The translations under genes were made by a program, and so were the position numbers. A model generated the notes under the pieces. It searched no databases. It was not told the DNA's origin and worked only from the letters and a program-made list of their open reading frames with translations. 64,000 bases of DNA from Antedon mediterranea (Eukaryota; Animalia; Echinodermata), in NCBI RefSeq assembly GCF_964355755.1, contig NC_092671.1:20584001-20648000 (forward strand), in the 5' to 3' direction. This document shows, piece after piece, positions 28,101-43,100 of the stretch (positions are counted from its first letter, which is position 1; every line of letters begins with the position of its first letter).

Positions 28101-31100
28101 GCGGTAAGCAAGCCGGCGTTATTGCCGGTCTAAACCCATTCACACAGAAGGTAATATTACGGTAATTTTACAGTTTTCTGTGTGAAAGGCCACAGTGAAA
28201 AGGCGCAATTTAAACATTACTGTCTTCGTAAAATAGAGGTCGCACTTTTTGAGAAAAAAAAATGGCGGGCACCTCGTCCGCCGCCGGCGACAAAACATGC
28301 CATGCGCCCACATGTTAGCTGATGTTGTTTTGTGTGTCAGCACCGGGAGCGCGCACCGGAGGATGTTCCTGCTAGAACTATGCTAACTAGGGCCTAGGCT
28401 TACGTACGTTACAGCAAGTTAAATAATCTTTGGACCAACATCTGTTATATTGCTATTATTATTGGCCGTATTCTTCCATTGTATTATTTATAAACTAACC
28501 TAAAAATATATATATATGGATATAATCTAATAATTTGGCCTAAAGTAATTGCCACAGTCTTTCTCAATCAAGGAAAATGTCCCGAATTTATCCTTGCTTC
28601 ACTGCGTAAGCATGAGGCGTTATATCGTGGACTCTTTCACACAGATCAGGCTTACGACCGTGACGGTAATATTACCGCAATTTTACTAGGTCCAGAGGCG
28701 GTCTAACGGAAGCCGGCATTAAGGGGTTTTTACCCTTTCACACATAAGCCGGCGTTCGCGAATTACCGCAATATTACCGTCTTACAGCTCTGTGTGAAAG
28801 GGGCTCTAGAAGCTCTCTCAGTTATCCCCTATTGTGCTTGCATGTGGGTGTTTCCATAAATTAAGGGGCCAGTGGGTATTTTAGTATTGGTGATAGTTAG
28901 TTTGCTGTTTACTCTAAATTGGTAATAGTTATTTAAAAAATGATTTTATCATATGATAGAACAATAATATGGGTTAATACTATTACATGTTGGAAAAAAA
29001 AAATTGCAAAAAAAAACGATTTAAAAACAATATATATCGTGGTGTCTAGCTCATTTTATTAAAATATGTGTGACATTTAAATACACTGACATATCAGAGT
29101 TTAAAAAATATACTACAGCAATAGTTATTTTGTATTTATTTATCATAACAATAGAGTACAAAGCAACGTTAAATATAAGCTAATTACAATTTCCCACGAT
29201 TTTTTGTTTTCCACACAACGGTCCGCGACGTCCAGCATCACAACGTAACATTTCGTGTCTCACTTTGTTACGTTGTTAGTACGATCTTTATTAGTGAACA
29301 GACACAAGAAGTACCACTATAATGACGAAAATCGAATTACATTCACTACAACAGATCACTGAAATTTACCTTACACAATGTTTATTTAGTCAGTTACACT
29401 ACAGACGAAAAACTATTTTTTTAGAACATTTCGTGTCTCGTATATTCGTTACGTAGTTATTCATAGACCATCGGTGGTGAACGCCGCGAGAGCTATTTCT
29501 GAAGTTGAAGGTCATGTGATTCAAGAAGCAGGCGAACTAAAGTCTCGGCGAAAAAATCATCGCTAGGATCCGCGCTAATTTCGAGTTACAGCGGTAGAGA
29601 CTTTTCGTGTCCCTCTGTTACGTTGTTTCCCCGGGGGGGTCACTTGCATATAAACCAAACGGGGGTGTGCAGCAGCCACTTCAAGACATGAGGCACTTGC
29701 GCTACCTGTTTTACTGAAAAATACTACGGACTTGAACTACCATTACCAAATAAAAATCCAGTGTTCTCTAAAAAGACGGCAATATTTGTACTGGTTCCCG
29801 GCATGATCTGCGTATGGCCAAAGAGACCGTTCATGGCAAAATCACGAACGTGTTTTGACAAGTTTATCGCTCGTCCGCGCAGTGCATGACGACGATGATC
29901 AAGAGTCAAGAGTGGTCACAGTTGAATGATTTTGTCCTAGGCTATGTTTCGTGTTCTTCTGCTGATGCGTAAACTCTAGGCCTATTCAAAGGTATTTAGC
30001 GATGGGCTTATATAGCCGGGCTTATAGCATCCATTATGCTAAAAAATACCTGCAAAATTTGGCGATAAATCGTGACATTTTGACACGGGTGGGCGGGCCA
30101 GGGACTTAAACTACTAATTTCACCCTGTCATTTCGCACACTTGTGCTACCAACTCTCCATAATTTCCCACACTTGTGCTACCAGGCCCTCGAAAATATAC
30201 CCGTAAATGCGGCACCTCCCCGTATGGAAATATTTAAGAGTGACCCCCCTGGGGTTGTTTCAACTGTTACGTTGTAAATAACTTCTACGCGCTTCATTGC
30301 ATGTAAGTTTTGTGTATTTTTATTTTGTTAGTTTTTAGAATTTAGAAAATAGTGGGTTATAATGAAAAATACAAGAAAATTAAACGCCAAAACTATCTTC
30401 GTACTCTAACGTCAACATCATAGTCAAAAACTGGGTGTCGTATACACAATGAGACACGGTTACGTTGGTAGTTTGTTGATACTATATAGTTGATATTTGT
30501 TTTAATGTGGTAGGAATGTTGTTTATCTCATAGCAGCTTCATAATGTATACCCAATGAACAGATATGTCTATAATTGATTAATATTTAACAAATTAATGA
30601 GCAAAATTGCAAAACATTTTCCACTAGGCAGGTTACAGCGTAACATCGTAGAAGATACGCCGTGTCTTGTTACGTAGTGTACTAGACCTTATACTGGTGT
30701 AGTATTTTGCAAATAATTAGCAATTAGTTACCATAAAATCTTTAAATTTTACATTATGTGTTTGCTATTTGGTTATTGCTTCTATATGACACAGAAAAAT
30801 AAAAAGTTATTTAATTATTGTCACAAGAAATAGGGATAAAAGTCCATAGTTTACAACCACTTTCAGAATAAAAACAAATTCGTCGTTTTTGACTATTCTA
30901 TTTGTTACTGTGGGAAAAAAAAGAATTGTATTTGGTTCATTTCAGTTATAATAAAAAACATATTACACAAAATAATGTGTAATATTAGTACATAATTTTG
31001 TTTATTTATTTAACGTTGCTATTCGACAAGATAAAATATGAATTAAATGTTTACTATAACATACATTTAAAATACCCTCCACTATAGTGAGCGAGTCCAA

Positions 31101-34100
31101 GCAACTTGGTTGTCGCGTATGCGCGCCTATCATATTTGGGCAATTTCACTTGATGTGTAGGGAATATTTAACTTGTTTCAATCTACGGAAGATATACTAA
31201 GGTTTTATAAATTTAATAATAATTAATAACTTTATTTAAATTGATAAAAACAATTACATATAATATAAAAGCAAGGCTGTGGATAACAATTTATTATGAA
31301 CGAAATCAAATCAAAACAACAAAGAACAATAGGTTCTCCTAATAGTAATAGGATAGTATTACCACGTGCTTGGGCAATGAACTCTGCTCCACATTGCGAT
31401 AAGTTTATTTTTAGCTGGCTCGGCGACTCCGAAGCTGAAAGGGGTGACTGGTATTTCTACAGGTCTGTACGATAATTATTAAGGGTTTTCCGAAATATCA
31501 CGTGCTTGGCTAATGAACTCTCCTCCACATTGAGATCGGCGACTCCGGCGGTATTTCTACAGCGACAGTGTATACTCCATGTACGATAATTATTAATAGG
31601 TTTTTCCGAAACACCACGTGCTTGGCTAATAAAATTCTCCTCCAAATTGAGATCGCGTTTATTTTTAGCTGTTCAGTTTGATGAACCTTTATTTTTTAAT
31701 TTTTATTGAAAACCAACGTGATTGCTGGCTCGGCGACTCCCGGTGCTCAAATGGGGTGACTGGTATCATTTCGGTCATGGTTCGGTGAACCTTTATTTTG
31801 TTGGCCAAAACCCACACGCTTCCTTCGTCGGCTCCCTACAAAGAGATCGCGCTTAGTTTAATGGGGAACCTTTATTTACTCTTCGTTTTAAATATATTCC
31901 ATAGACTTCAACATTATAACTAGTCTACTGTTTTCCCGATGTGGTTTAAAAACAATTATAAAAGAATGAGAAATAAAGTCAACAGACATTTTACAACATT
32001 TAAAAATAATACGTAAAAAACATTTATACCCAGTATAACTAAGACAAAATAATCAGTAACATATTAATTTTATTATAATAATAAAATGATAATAATAAAT
32101 ATTTGATGAATAAAATTAATATTTTAAACTAATAATCTGAAAAGAAAGCAATAGTTTTAGTCAAATCAATTTATGAGCATAACTCAAGAAAGACAAGTGT
32201 TCATTTATTGTTTTATAATTAATAATAATAAATATTATAATCCATCAACATAAGATAAGAAAACACTTTCTTTAGTATAGTAGGCCTAACATATTTTATA
32301 ATAATAATAGATTTATTTATTTTTATTTAAATTGGTATAATTTATATTAAAAATACTTAATTACATACTTTATATTTCTATATGATGATGAATCAAATTT
32401 AACCCAGATGGGCAAATCTAATGTTTCATTGTCATTTTTTTCATCTATACAGATCAGCAGTTTATCAACAATGTTACCGTTCCAATTGAGAACTGCATTT
32501 AACCCCAAAAATAGAGATGCCGCATCAACAAAAAGACCAACCAAAGAAACATCAGCCCACAGACGGTTCTCGAATATACAGTAATTTCAGCGTAAAAAAA
32601 AATTACATAACTGAAATTAAATTATTAAACAGGGTTACATCAGGTGGTTAAAATCAGCACTGAAAGTACGAACCAACTTTATATACCATTGAGTAAACAT
32701 TTTAGAAGTAATGCGCGATTTACCAAATTTTTCCCTTACGTAAATTTATATAGATTATATGTTTTAATGATTGAACAAGAGTGTTAATGCGAAGTATATC
32801 CAAATGTATTCTCAATGATTTTACTGTAAATGACTATTAATAGTATATTTTAGCAGTTTGTTGTGTGCAGTAGTAATTACAGTTGTCACACTTTAAAAAT
32901 AATGTAGTAGTTCTTGTTGACTTATTTAAGTGAACTTTTTGGTGTCTCTGTTACACGTGAAAACTTCAATTTTTTATTGCATGAATTATATTGTTTTATT
33001 GATTAAAAGATAGTATTTGATATACTATTTTTACCAGTTTATCAATTGTATGCAGTAGTAACCACATTTGTTACACTTTAAAAATGGCTGCATATCAAAC
33101 CATTTCATAAAACATTGTGACGAGTTAAAGTGAACATTTGGTGTCTCCGTTACACATGAAATCTTCCATTTATATTTCATGAACCATATTGTTTTATTTC
33201 CACATAGAGGTATGATCCTGATTTGACTTGTTGCTAGTAAATGTATATACTTGAGGTATATTCTGTTCATTTCTGTATTGTTTACATGTAATTTTTAAAC
33301 AGCAGTGACTTTACAAATCTTTTATATAGAAATTAAGTCAACTTTAACGGCTTTGCATAATTATTTCATAAGCTATTTTTTAAATTTGAAAAGGTGTGAT
33401 TTAAATGATATTTTTCTGCATTGAAGATGTTCCCAAAAGCTATTTAAAAATCCAATTTAAACAGTTTTAGGTTATTAATAATAACTTATAAGAGGGGTAG
33501 ATAATGTGATTTTGGTGTCTCCGTTACCTGTACACGTGAAATTTGCTATGCATGTTGATACTATAAATGCTGTTACATAGAGACAACAGATTTAATGTGT
33601 ATTTTGCTTTTTTTTTTAGTTCAAGTACATGATATACTATTTAGAATTGATTATTAGACTTAGAATGTCACACTTTGAAATTCTGACCCTAATGTCACAC
33701 CTTGGCCCCTTTATTTATGGAAACACCCATGTGTGACACATGTAAACACGATCAAATATCTTTCTTAATTATTTTAAAATGATACTAATACTTTGTAACT
33801 TATTATCAATATGTTAATGGCTATTGCATGTTAGAATTGTATAATTTATGAATTACAGGTAAATTTTCTGTCTGATTTCTAGGTCAACAAGCTAGGCTAG
33901 AAAAGCTAGGCTAAAGGCATAATAGGCCTAGTTGGCCAGGATTCTCCAGGCCTGAAAATGGTCCTGAAACCCAATCTACCCAGGCCATAAAAAAAAAATT
34001 GGCTTGATTTTTTTCACTGTAGAATAATACGATCCCCACTGAAAATATTGTGTGTGGGGGATTTTAGGGGAAGAGGTACAGTATACATTTTTTTTGTGCC

Positions 34101-37100
34101 CGGTGAGATATCCCCACCCCCGTCGGGCAAAAAAAAATGTACAAAAAAATAATAAGGGCCATAAGGGCGACCATCCTTCGACTTCAACTGGCCCTGTTGG
34201 CCACTATGGTTTAAAGGTTAATTTTCAGCCCTGAACTGGAGTAGTAAATACCCAAGTTAAGGCGGCGGTGAATCATGGAGGCTAGGCCACTATCCATTAG
34301 TTTTATTATTATCCCTAAATATATCATGTATTATATTATAAATTAATTATTGTGACGCCTAATGTAACCCATGCAGAGAAAAGCATTAAATATAAAACCA
34401 AGAATTAGGAATGACCAATCTGATGCAAGACAATGGCAATGTTAGGCATTTTCTTTAAAATCAAAACATGTGCCATACCATATTAATTATTCACGCCTAG
34501 GTGTAACCCACAAATATTAGAATGACAAAACAATTCAGAATAAAGAACAACTTTATTCTGATGCAAGACAATATATTATTATAGGCGAGGTTTGTGTTTT
34601 CTTTTTAACATATTATTGTTTCTTAATATATTTACATTGGCCTGCAACTGTATTATGGGATGGGAGTTGCGAGAAAACAGCCAAGATTTCAAACAGTTAC
34701 AGTGTACCAGATAGAGATTGGAGCGCATTGTTTGATGCTTTTCAAAACATGCAACGCGTTCAACGCTATGGAATTCAATTGTTTAACGTCGCATTTTTTA
34801 GTTCTTTCAATTATACATTACAAAAAACAATGGGACAATTTTAAAATAATTTAACCAAAATAGAGAAACAAAGAAATATTTTAACTTTATCTCTTGAATC
34901 TCGAACAGCCAAAAAATGTAGACCTAAATAAAATTTATTTATTCGTCGTCATTAACGATCATTAAATACGTCATAACACATGTGGTTTTTTTCTTTAGGA
35001 AGTCGGGGTGGTGGCGGTTTGTGTGTTGATGTCAGTAATTACAACGTTGTTTTTCGCAGGAGGCCTACAGTACAGTTGTAACTGTTAGGCTTATCATCGC
35101 CCTTATTATTAGATGTTTTCTTTCACTAAACACTGGGAAATAAATAAACACTGAGGATCACTGTGTGTTTTATTTGGTAACTGTCCGTTCAATAATAACA
35201 GTATATCTAAGCTTCATATTATATATTTTATTTACATTAAAATATCTGGTACTGTAGTGACTGCCGGTAGGTATTTGATCGTTCAGGCGTGCAATCAGCC
35301 AGTCTAGTGCAGCAGTAGCTACCCGCTGGAAAAAAGTTCGACAGTTTCGACACAAACGCGCTACCGCGTCGACGTCTTTTTGTAGATTAGGGAAATCACC
35401 AAATATATGTTGCCAGGAAGCTCCGATACAGGCACACTTCACACCCGATAAGAGCTGATAAGTTGTTTATCTCCCTTCGAATTGTTGGGTGTGTTATGTT
35501 TTGATTGACAGATTTTCATTTACAAGACTTAAACATAGTTATTTTCCATAAATTGTGCCCCCTATATTTGTTTAACAACGAAAATTATAGGCTACGCAAA
35601 TATTATCAGGCTATCTTTTAAGCCTCCTCAGGCCCACGACGTTAGGCTTGGAAGAAAACTTAATCAAGGCTAGGCCTAGGTCTGTGTGTATTATAAACCT
35701 GGCCATGGCCTAAGAATAAGATAGATTTTAGCTATTTAAATGTTTTTAGTTCAAAATAGTTAATTTAATAATGAAAAAAAGCAGTATTTTACTGGTATTG
35801 GTAAGCACTGTTAAGCAGATTCGTTAGCAAAACGATGACAGTTCGATGTCGCCACGGCCGATGTCGCCACGGCGGCGGTGGCCAGAGTGCAGTCAGTAGT
35901 GTAGTCTACGAATAATACGAACGTATCGACGCGTGGTGGCTGTAACATAGGCGCGCCTACAGTACCCCGAAAATGAGTACAATTTTTAATGTAACCGCAC
36001 ACTGAAACAGCCTTAATAAAATTTTATTTTGTGTATTCCATACTACACATTTCGATAACAAACACATACAAAATTAGCTCCTTCCATATTATTGTTATAC
36101 CTCCCTGCCCTGGTTATTCCATTTAATAAACGATAGCAATTCGATGTCGGAAATTGATCGACATTGTTGTTGAACTGTTAAGTTATTAATAGCAACTAAT
36201 GATGAGTTAACCTACAATTTATTGTAATAGTTTTTTTATATAGTTTACCCCATATCCATTTCTAGGATGGGTGATAAAACATGCTCTCATTGACGTGTAT
36301 CTACCCTGACCAGAAGCGTCGTGTAGTACGATTTCGTTAGCTAGATTAGACGATAGCAGTTCGATGTCGAAAAGTTATCGATAATGTGTTCTACAACAAT
36401 GGAGTGATGACTTTATTGAAGAACACGTTCGCAGTTCTAAGTTAACTGAATATTATTAATTATGATTGTTTCATTTTGTTCCGATGTATTTCGAGGATAG
36501 TTGGGTATATAATAAAAGCAAGCGATCTCATTAATTTTAACTTTGTATTGTACCTGAGCTAAGGATTCAGATAGCAATTCGATATCGAAAGTTATCGACA
36601 TTGTGTTCTACCATGGAGTTATTATACTTATGGTAGTACAGGGTCACAGTTAACTGAAGATTATTAATCTTAATAATTTTTTGTTTCTTTTTTTTTTCTG
36701 ATTTAACGACGAGTTAACTGAAGGTTATTATTCTTAATTATTCCTTTAATTTTTTTTATACACGGCACGCATTTCGAAGATAGTTAAAAGTAAGCCAGAC
36801 GATAGCAATTCGATGTCGAAATGTTACCGACATTGTGTTCCATGGAGTTATTACTCCATGGTAGAACAGGATCACAGTTCTACGACGAGTTAACTAAAGA
36901 TTAGTATTAATCTTAATAATTTATACACGTCAACACACATTTCGGGATGGGTTTGGTAAAAGCAACTGATCTCATTTTTACTTTTATATTGTATACCCTG
37001 AATGAGCGTCGTGGATTCTGTAACGTAAGCCAGACGATAGCAATTCGATGTCGAAATGTTATCGACATTGTGTTCTATTACTCCATAGTAGAACAGGATC

Positions 37101-40100
37101 ACAGTTCTACGACGAGTTAACTAAAGATTATTATTAATCCTAATACTTGTTTTATACAGGACACACATTTCGGGATGGGTTTGGTAAAAGCAAGCGATTC
37201 ATTTTTACTTTTATATTGTACCCTGAATGAGCGTCGTGGATCATTACGTAATGCCAGACGATAGCAATTCGATGTCGAAATGTTATCGACTATTGTACCA
37301 TGGAGTGATTACTCCATGGTAGGGTCATGTACATGTATGACATGATAATAACCTTAATTGTTTCATTTTTTTTTTTCAATTTTCTTTTTAACGTTGTTTT
37401 CAAATTATCATTTGAATTCATTTTGAATTTTGTTTTATTTTTTACATTTTTTTTGTCATGTTAAAACATGTTTTAAATACATTTTAAACACAACCCCATG
37501 CAAACGTTAACCTTTACTGGGCTTGAAAAGAATTTATTTTGCTTTTTAAAAATTTCATTTTGAATTATTGACATTCGTGTTTATAAATCTAACATTTTAG
37601 TGAAATAAAACACTCAGGATGCTTTATTATATTGATCAAGCAAGTTTGACCAATCGATTTATTCACATGACATGATACAAAAATTTAAAAAAAATTGGAG
37701 TAGTGAAAAGTCACCATGAAGGGGTATCGTAACAGCCATGAGCTTAACGATGCGTGGCATTAGCAAAAGGTTTATGTGATTAATTGTATTTTGCACATTT
37801 TGCTGATAGATGGGTCTATTGTATGACTTCCTTTCTAAGGAAATTACTTGAACGTTGTTTCAAAATTGTTATTTTAATTCATTTTGAATGTTTCTTTATT
37901 TCTAACTTATCAAATACTTTTTGTCATGTTAAAACATGACCACTTAAAAAATACCATGTTGTCAATGTGAAAAATTTAACCGATAGGTCTCACTTAATAG
38001 AAAATTACAAAATTTAGAAAGAATTTGTTCATATATATATATAATTTAATTCCAACTACTTTAAAAAAAAAAAAAACGATATAAAAATCAATAATTAATA
38101 GTCATTACTGCAGTAAAAAATTGAAAACCAACTTTAATATTCAATTATAATGAATGAGCTTGACGATGCGTGACATTTGCACGATGTTTATATGATTCAA
38201 TCAATTAATTGTATTTACAAATGTTGCTGGTATACATTCTGGTAGAAAGACAAATAAGAAATTTGAATGGATTTCCGATCGCTGTTTGTCGTTAGTAATG
38301 TGACGTAACACTGTGTGACTTAATGTATAGCGCAAGCAGATTTTTGGGGGTCAAAATAAATTTGAGTCATACTTAATATTTGTTTTAAATAGAAAATTAA
38401 AACTATTTATCCAAATTTAGAATAGTTTTGTTGAAATATAGGCCTATATAATTTTATTCCAATATTTATAAAATACTTAAAAAAAACCGACATAAAAATC
38501 AATAATTATAGGCCTAATAGTAATAATAAAACCAATACAATCAATTTAACCGATAGGTCTCACTTAATATTTTTTAAACAGAAAATTACACAAATTTAGA
38601 AGAATTTGTTTATATATATATAATTGTATTCCAATATTTACAAAATACTTTTTCGAAAAAAAAACCCCCGGTATGATAATCAATAATTAATAGTCATTAC
38701 TGCAGTGAAAATTAAAAACCAACTTTAATATTCAATTAGATTTTAGTGAGTGAAATAAAACACTGCATTTGTTTTATGAAGCTTGACGATGCGTGACATT
38801 TGCACGATGTTTATATGATTCAATCAATTAATTGTATTTACAAATGTTGCTGGTATACATTCTGGTAGAAAGGCAAATAAGAAATTTGAATGGATTTCCG
38901 ATCGCTGTTTGTCGTTAGTAATGTGACGTAACACTGTGTGACTTGATGTATAGCGCAAGCAGGTTTTTGGGGGTCAAAATAAATTTGAGTCATACTTAAT
39001 ATTTGTTTTAAACAGAAAATTAAAACTATTTGTCCAAATTTAGAATAATTTTGTTGAAATATAGGCCTATATAATTTTATTCCAATATTTATAAAATACT
39101 TTAAAAAAAAAAACCGACATAAAAATCAATAATTATAGGCCTAATAGTAATAATAAAACCAATACAATCAATTTAACCGATAGGTCTCACTTAATATTTT
39201 TTAAACAGAAAATTACACAAATTTAGAAGAATTTGTTTATATATATATAATTGTATTCCAATATTTAAAAAATACTTTTTCGAAAAAAAAACCCCCCGGT
39301 ATGATAATCAATAATTAATAGTCATTACTGCAGTGAAAATTAAAAACCAACTTTAATATTCAATTAGATTTTAGTGAGTGAAATAAAACACTGCATTTGT
39401 TTTATGAAGCTTGACGATGCGTGACATTTGCACGATGTTTATATGATTCAATCAATTAATTGTATTTACAAATGTTGCTGGTATACATTCTGGTAGAAAG
39501 ACAAATAAGAAATTTGAATGGATTTCCGATCGCTGTTTGTCGTTAGTAATGTGACGTAACACTGTGTGACTTAATGTATAGCGCAAGCAGGTTTTTGGGG
39601 TCAAAATAAATTTGAGTCATACTTAATAAAAACCGGTTTAAAAATCAATAATTAATAGTATAATAATAAAACCAATACAATCAATTTAACCGATAGGTCT
39701 CACTTAATATTTATTATATATAATATAAAATTTAGAAGAATTTGTTCATAAATATATAATTTAATTCCAATATTTAAAAAATACTTTTTCGAAAAAAAAA
39801 ACCCGATTTAAAAAATCAATAATTAATAGTCATTACTGCAGTGGAAATTGAAAACCAACTTTAATATGATGCGTGACATTTGCACAATGTTTATAATGAT
39901 CCAATCAATTAATTGTATTCACAAATGTTGCTGGTATACTGGTAGGAAGGCGAATAAGAAATGGATGTTTTTCCGATCGCTGTTTGTCGGTAGTAATGTG
40001 ACTTAATTACGTTTTTAATCATTATCTGCATCCATAGAGATATTATAACTGAAAATCAATTTTAATATTGAGTGAGCTTTTTAGTGAAACATTTTTATAA

Positions 40101-43100
40101 ATGGTATGAGCTTAACGATCTGTGACATTTGTGTAAATTCGCTAATGCTCATTGAAATGAATAAACAAACAAATGCATACGTACATACATACTGTATACA
40201 ATGTTATTTTTAGTATAGTAAAGTGCAGTAATGATAGTTTTACATATTTTATCATATTTTCATTGTAAATTTTTTTTTTTTCTAAATATTTACAATAAAA
40301 AATCACAATTTTCTCACGCTTTATACTTATAAATGTAGGCTATTGTTTTTTTTATTTAAAATAAACCTATCATCATGGTATAGAATAGTGTACGTGTATT
40401 TAATGCGAATCTTTGTAGAAAAACAATTCCATAAGTAAGGAACTACCATGTGTGTTACTGTTCGTGAGCCGCACCAATCATTAGAAAAACAAATCCGACC
40501 GAGCCGAACGATTGTTGTAGAAATTCCATTTGATGTACACGTACCCCTCTGGTATAGGTTGGTTCCCACTGGTGAAGCAATGTAACGCAATTTGCGCAAC
40601 GTAAGCAAATGCCCTTCTAATAATTGTGTTTGCCCCGTCTGCATGAAATCAAACCTGCGATGTTTCCAGCACTGTTGTATTTTGTTCCCACTTGTGATTA
40701 CGCAATACAGAATTTTGCGTCGATACGTCGCTGCGTTGCGTTCCAGTGGGAACCACGCTTAAGAAATTACCACGTGTGTTCACCATGCGAGTTTGTTGCC
40801 CGAACCAACGAGTGCTGTGAAAATTCCACTTGATGTAAACGCGCCCCTCTGGTAAGAAATTACCATGTGTGTTCATCATGCGAGTTTCGCCGCCGAACGA
40901 ACGATTATTGTGGACATTCCATTTGACGTACACACACGCACCCTAAAAAATTAACATGCGTGTTCATGCCTGTATAGTACCTGTCCGTTTCTGCTGACAA
41001 AATTGGCAAAACATTAACATTTTTTCATCAACAGTGTCAGCAGTAGGCTATAGGCCTAGTTTCGCGCTAGCTCAGTGGCGATCACATGCGTTTCGCGCTC
41101 TAGTCGAATTCTCTGGATAGAAGAAATACAGTATACTTAATTAATAAATGTTTAATTACCAAAATGTATTTAAAATTAGTTTCATAATCATACATAGGCC
41201 TGCGTTACTGTTTGTTGTTAACAATAAAAATATTGTCTTATTTTACAACTCCCTGGTCTGAGTGAGATTGAGCCAAACGAACTCAAAATAAAAAAAAACA
41301 CACAGAAATTTAGTGACGAAGTATGACGTTGCAGTAGTGGATAGGCTATTTCCTGGAATGCCAAAAATGTCTTTAACACGCCGCCGCTAAAAAGGGAGAA
41401 GTCTATGCGTTGCTGTTAAACCATGTGCTGCGCTAGGAACATGTTAGGTCTATAAAATGGACTATACTATTTTACGAAACTATAAAGAGGATGGGTTGTT
41501 ATGATAATGATATGGGGCGTGTTTATGAATATATTTTCAAAAGAACCGTAAGACTATGTATACGTTATCGGGTATATATATTTTTTCACAATACTGTAAT
41601 TGCCGGTGGTTAAGTTGAAAATCGAGGAAACATGCAAATAGACAGGCCAGGGAGTTGTAACTCCCTGGACAGGCTAATGCAAACGTGGCATGCCCTTGCT
41701 AATAAAACGTGTTGGGTTGGGAGTTATACAGAACGTAATGGAATTCTGTACCGTGTCCTGTGATGTACAGTATTTGATATATTTTTTTATATCTTTTATT
41801 AATATACATTATTATAAATATATTATTAATACTAGTGTAGGCTAGGTACTCGGCAAGCTAGGCCTACGTGTATTGTATATATACAAAAAAGACGTCAGCT
41901 CTGTACAGGCTCGTCGAACGGTCCAAGTTTTATTTTCTCGCACAAAGATTGTAATTGTAAACATCGGACGCTAATAGTCGGTCAACATGCGGCACATGGT
42001 GTGGGCGGATCATCTTATCAGGCGGGTAAGGGAAGTCACCGATGTGACGGCGTATTGTCATTCTTCAAAGAAAACACTGTTTTTGAATAAACCGCCTTAA
42101 TTAGGATAGCGCGTGCCAACTGTTTATTTATAGTAAATCCAATTAATTTTTGCTTGCTTCTATTGTTTAAAGATCCTTAAAATACTGTCGATTTAGTATC
42201 GACGCATTGTCTAAATACTATCGAATTACTGTCGGTAACTAACTGCAAGTTCGACGTCGAACTTTTTTTCAGCGGGTAGCCTTGAAATAACTCATTGTTT
42301 ACTTGACATGGTGACAATGAATTTCGTTGAATTAAACTATACGTTGAAAGCCGTTCAACGCAACGCAACGAAAACGTGTTAAATGCGTTGGGATTTTTGC
42401 AATAATTCTGTACTGTACTGTAGATTACAAAGTGTACGATTTTATGTGCGTAAATTTGGTTCTATTAGCAAAGACGTCCTAATTAATTTAACAGATATTA
42501 TTTAATTTTTCTTTTTAAGGCTATGAACTCAATTTTTCCTGGTAATTTTGAAGTGTACTTTGCTATTTCTGTTCCACAATATCAATTGTGTAATCCTGCT
42601 TTATTTTCTATATCAAGAGGGAGGGTAAATATTACTAAAAATTGTTTTGTTAATCGTTTGCCTAAGTTATACCACTCACTATGTAAAGTTGATGGATCTG
42701 TTGATTTTTTTTTTATTCACTTGTTTCCGTCACAAGGTTTTGTCTAATGTCAGTAATATCTAAATGTTGTCTTGTTATTGATGATTGTTGCTTGTATATT
42801 ATATTTTACAGTGTTCTCCCCAGGCCTTTGAAGCGTCACGGTACCGTGACGCTTGGGTTCTCTACCGTGACGCTTTACGGTCGGCCGTGACGCTTAAAAC
42901 CTTATCCGTGACGCTTAAAAATATCAACCACAACAATCTAAAAATAGATTAACAGGCAGGTACGGTACTTTTTCTAGAGCTGAGGCGCGGCATGCATAAA
43001 GAGCCTAATGCATACGAGACACGTGACATGACCACTAGACTGCGTAACAAAGTGTTAAACAACTGAGACTCGCTTTCACCGGCCGCCGCCGCCGCCGAGA

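Larger units (their letters stand above)
28846..33728. mobile_element. Large non-autonomous DNA transposon (Sola2-like) with nested insertions
   Basis: 26-bp TIR gggtgtttccataaat(t/a)aaggggcca, 4-bp TSD ATGT, GRG...CYC termini, dispersed gtgtctc(n)gttac motifs inside. Confidence 0.75.
35322..42276. mobile_element. ~7-kb CMC/EnSpm-like non-autonomous transposon carrying tandem arrays
   Basis: TA|cccgctggaaaaaagttcgac ... gtcgaactttttttcagcggg|TA; TCGAC/GTCGA-containing subterminal motifs at both ends. Confidence 0.7.

Noticed and set aside
21742-34233. One 12.5-kb hAT bounded by cagggctgaaaattaac / gttaattttcagccctg
   Set aside because: The TIRs match but the flanks (attaaaag vs aactggag) give no TSD and the subterminal sequences differ; more likely ends of two separate decayed copies.
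36131-37320. CRISPR-like array (conserved palindromic core with spacers)
   Set aside because: Period is ~225 bp, the intervening sequences are homologous to each other, there are no cas genes and the context is eukaryotic; it is a TE-internal tandem repeat.
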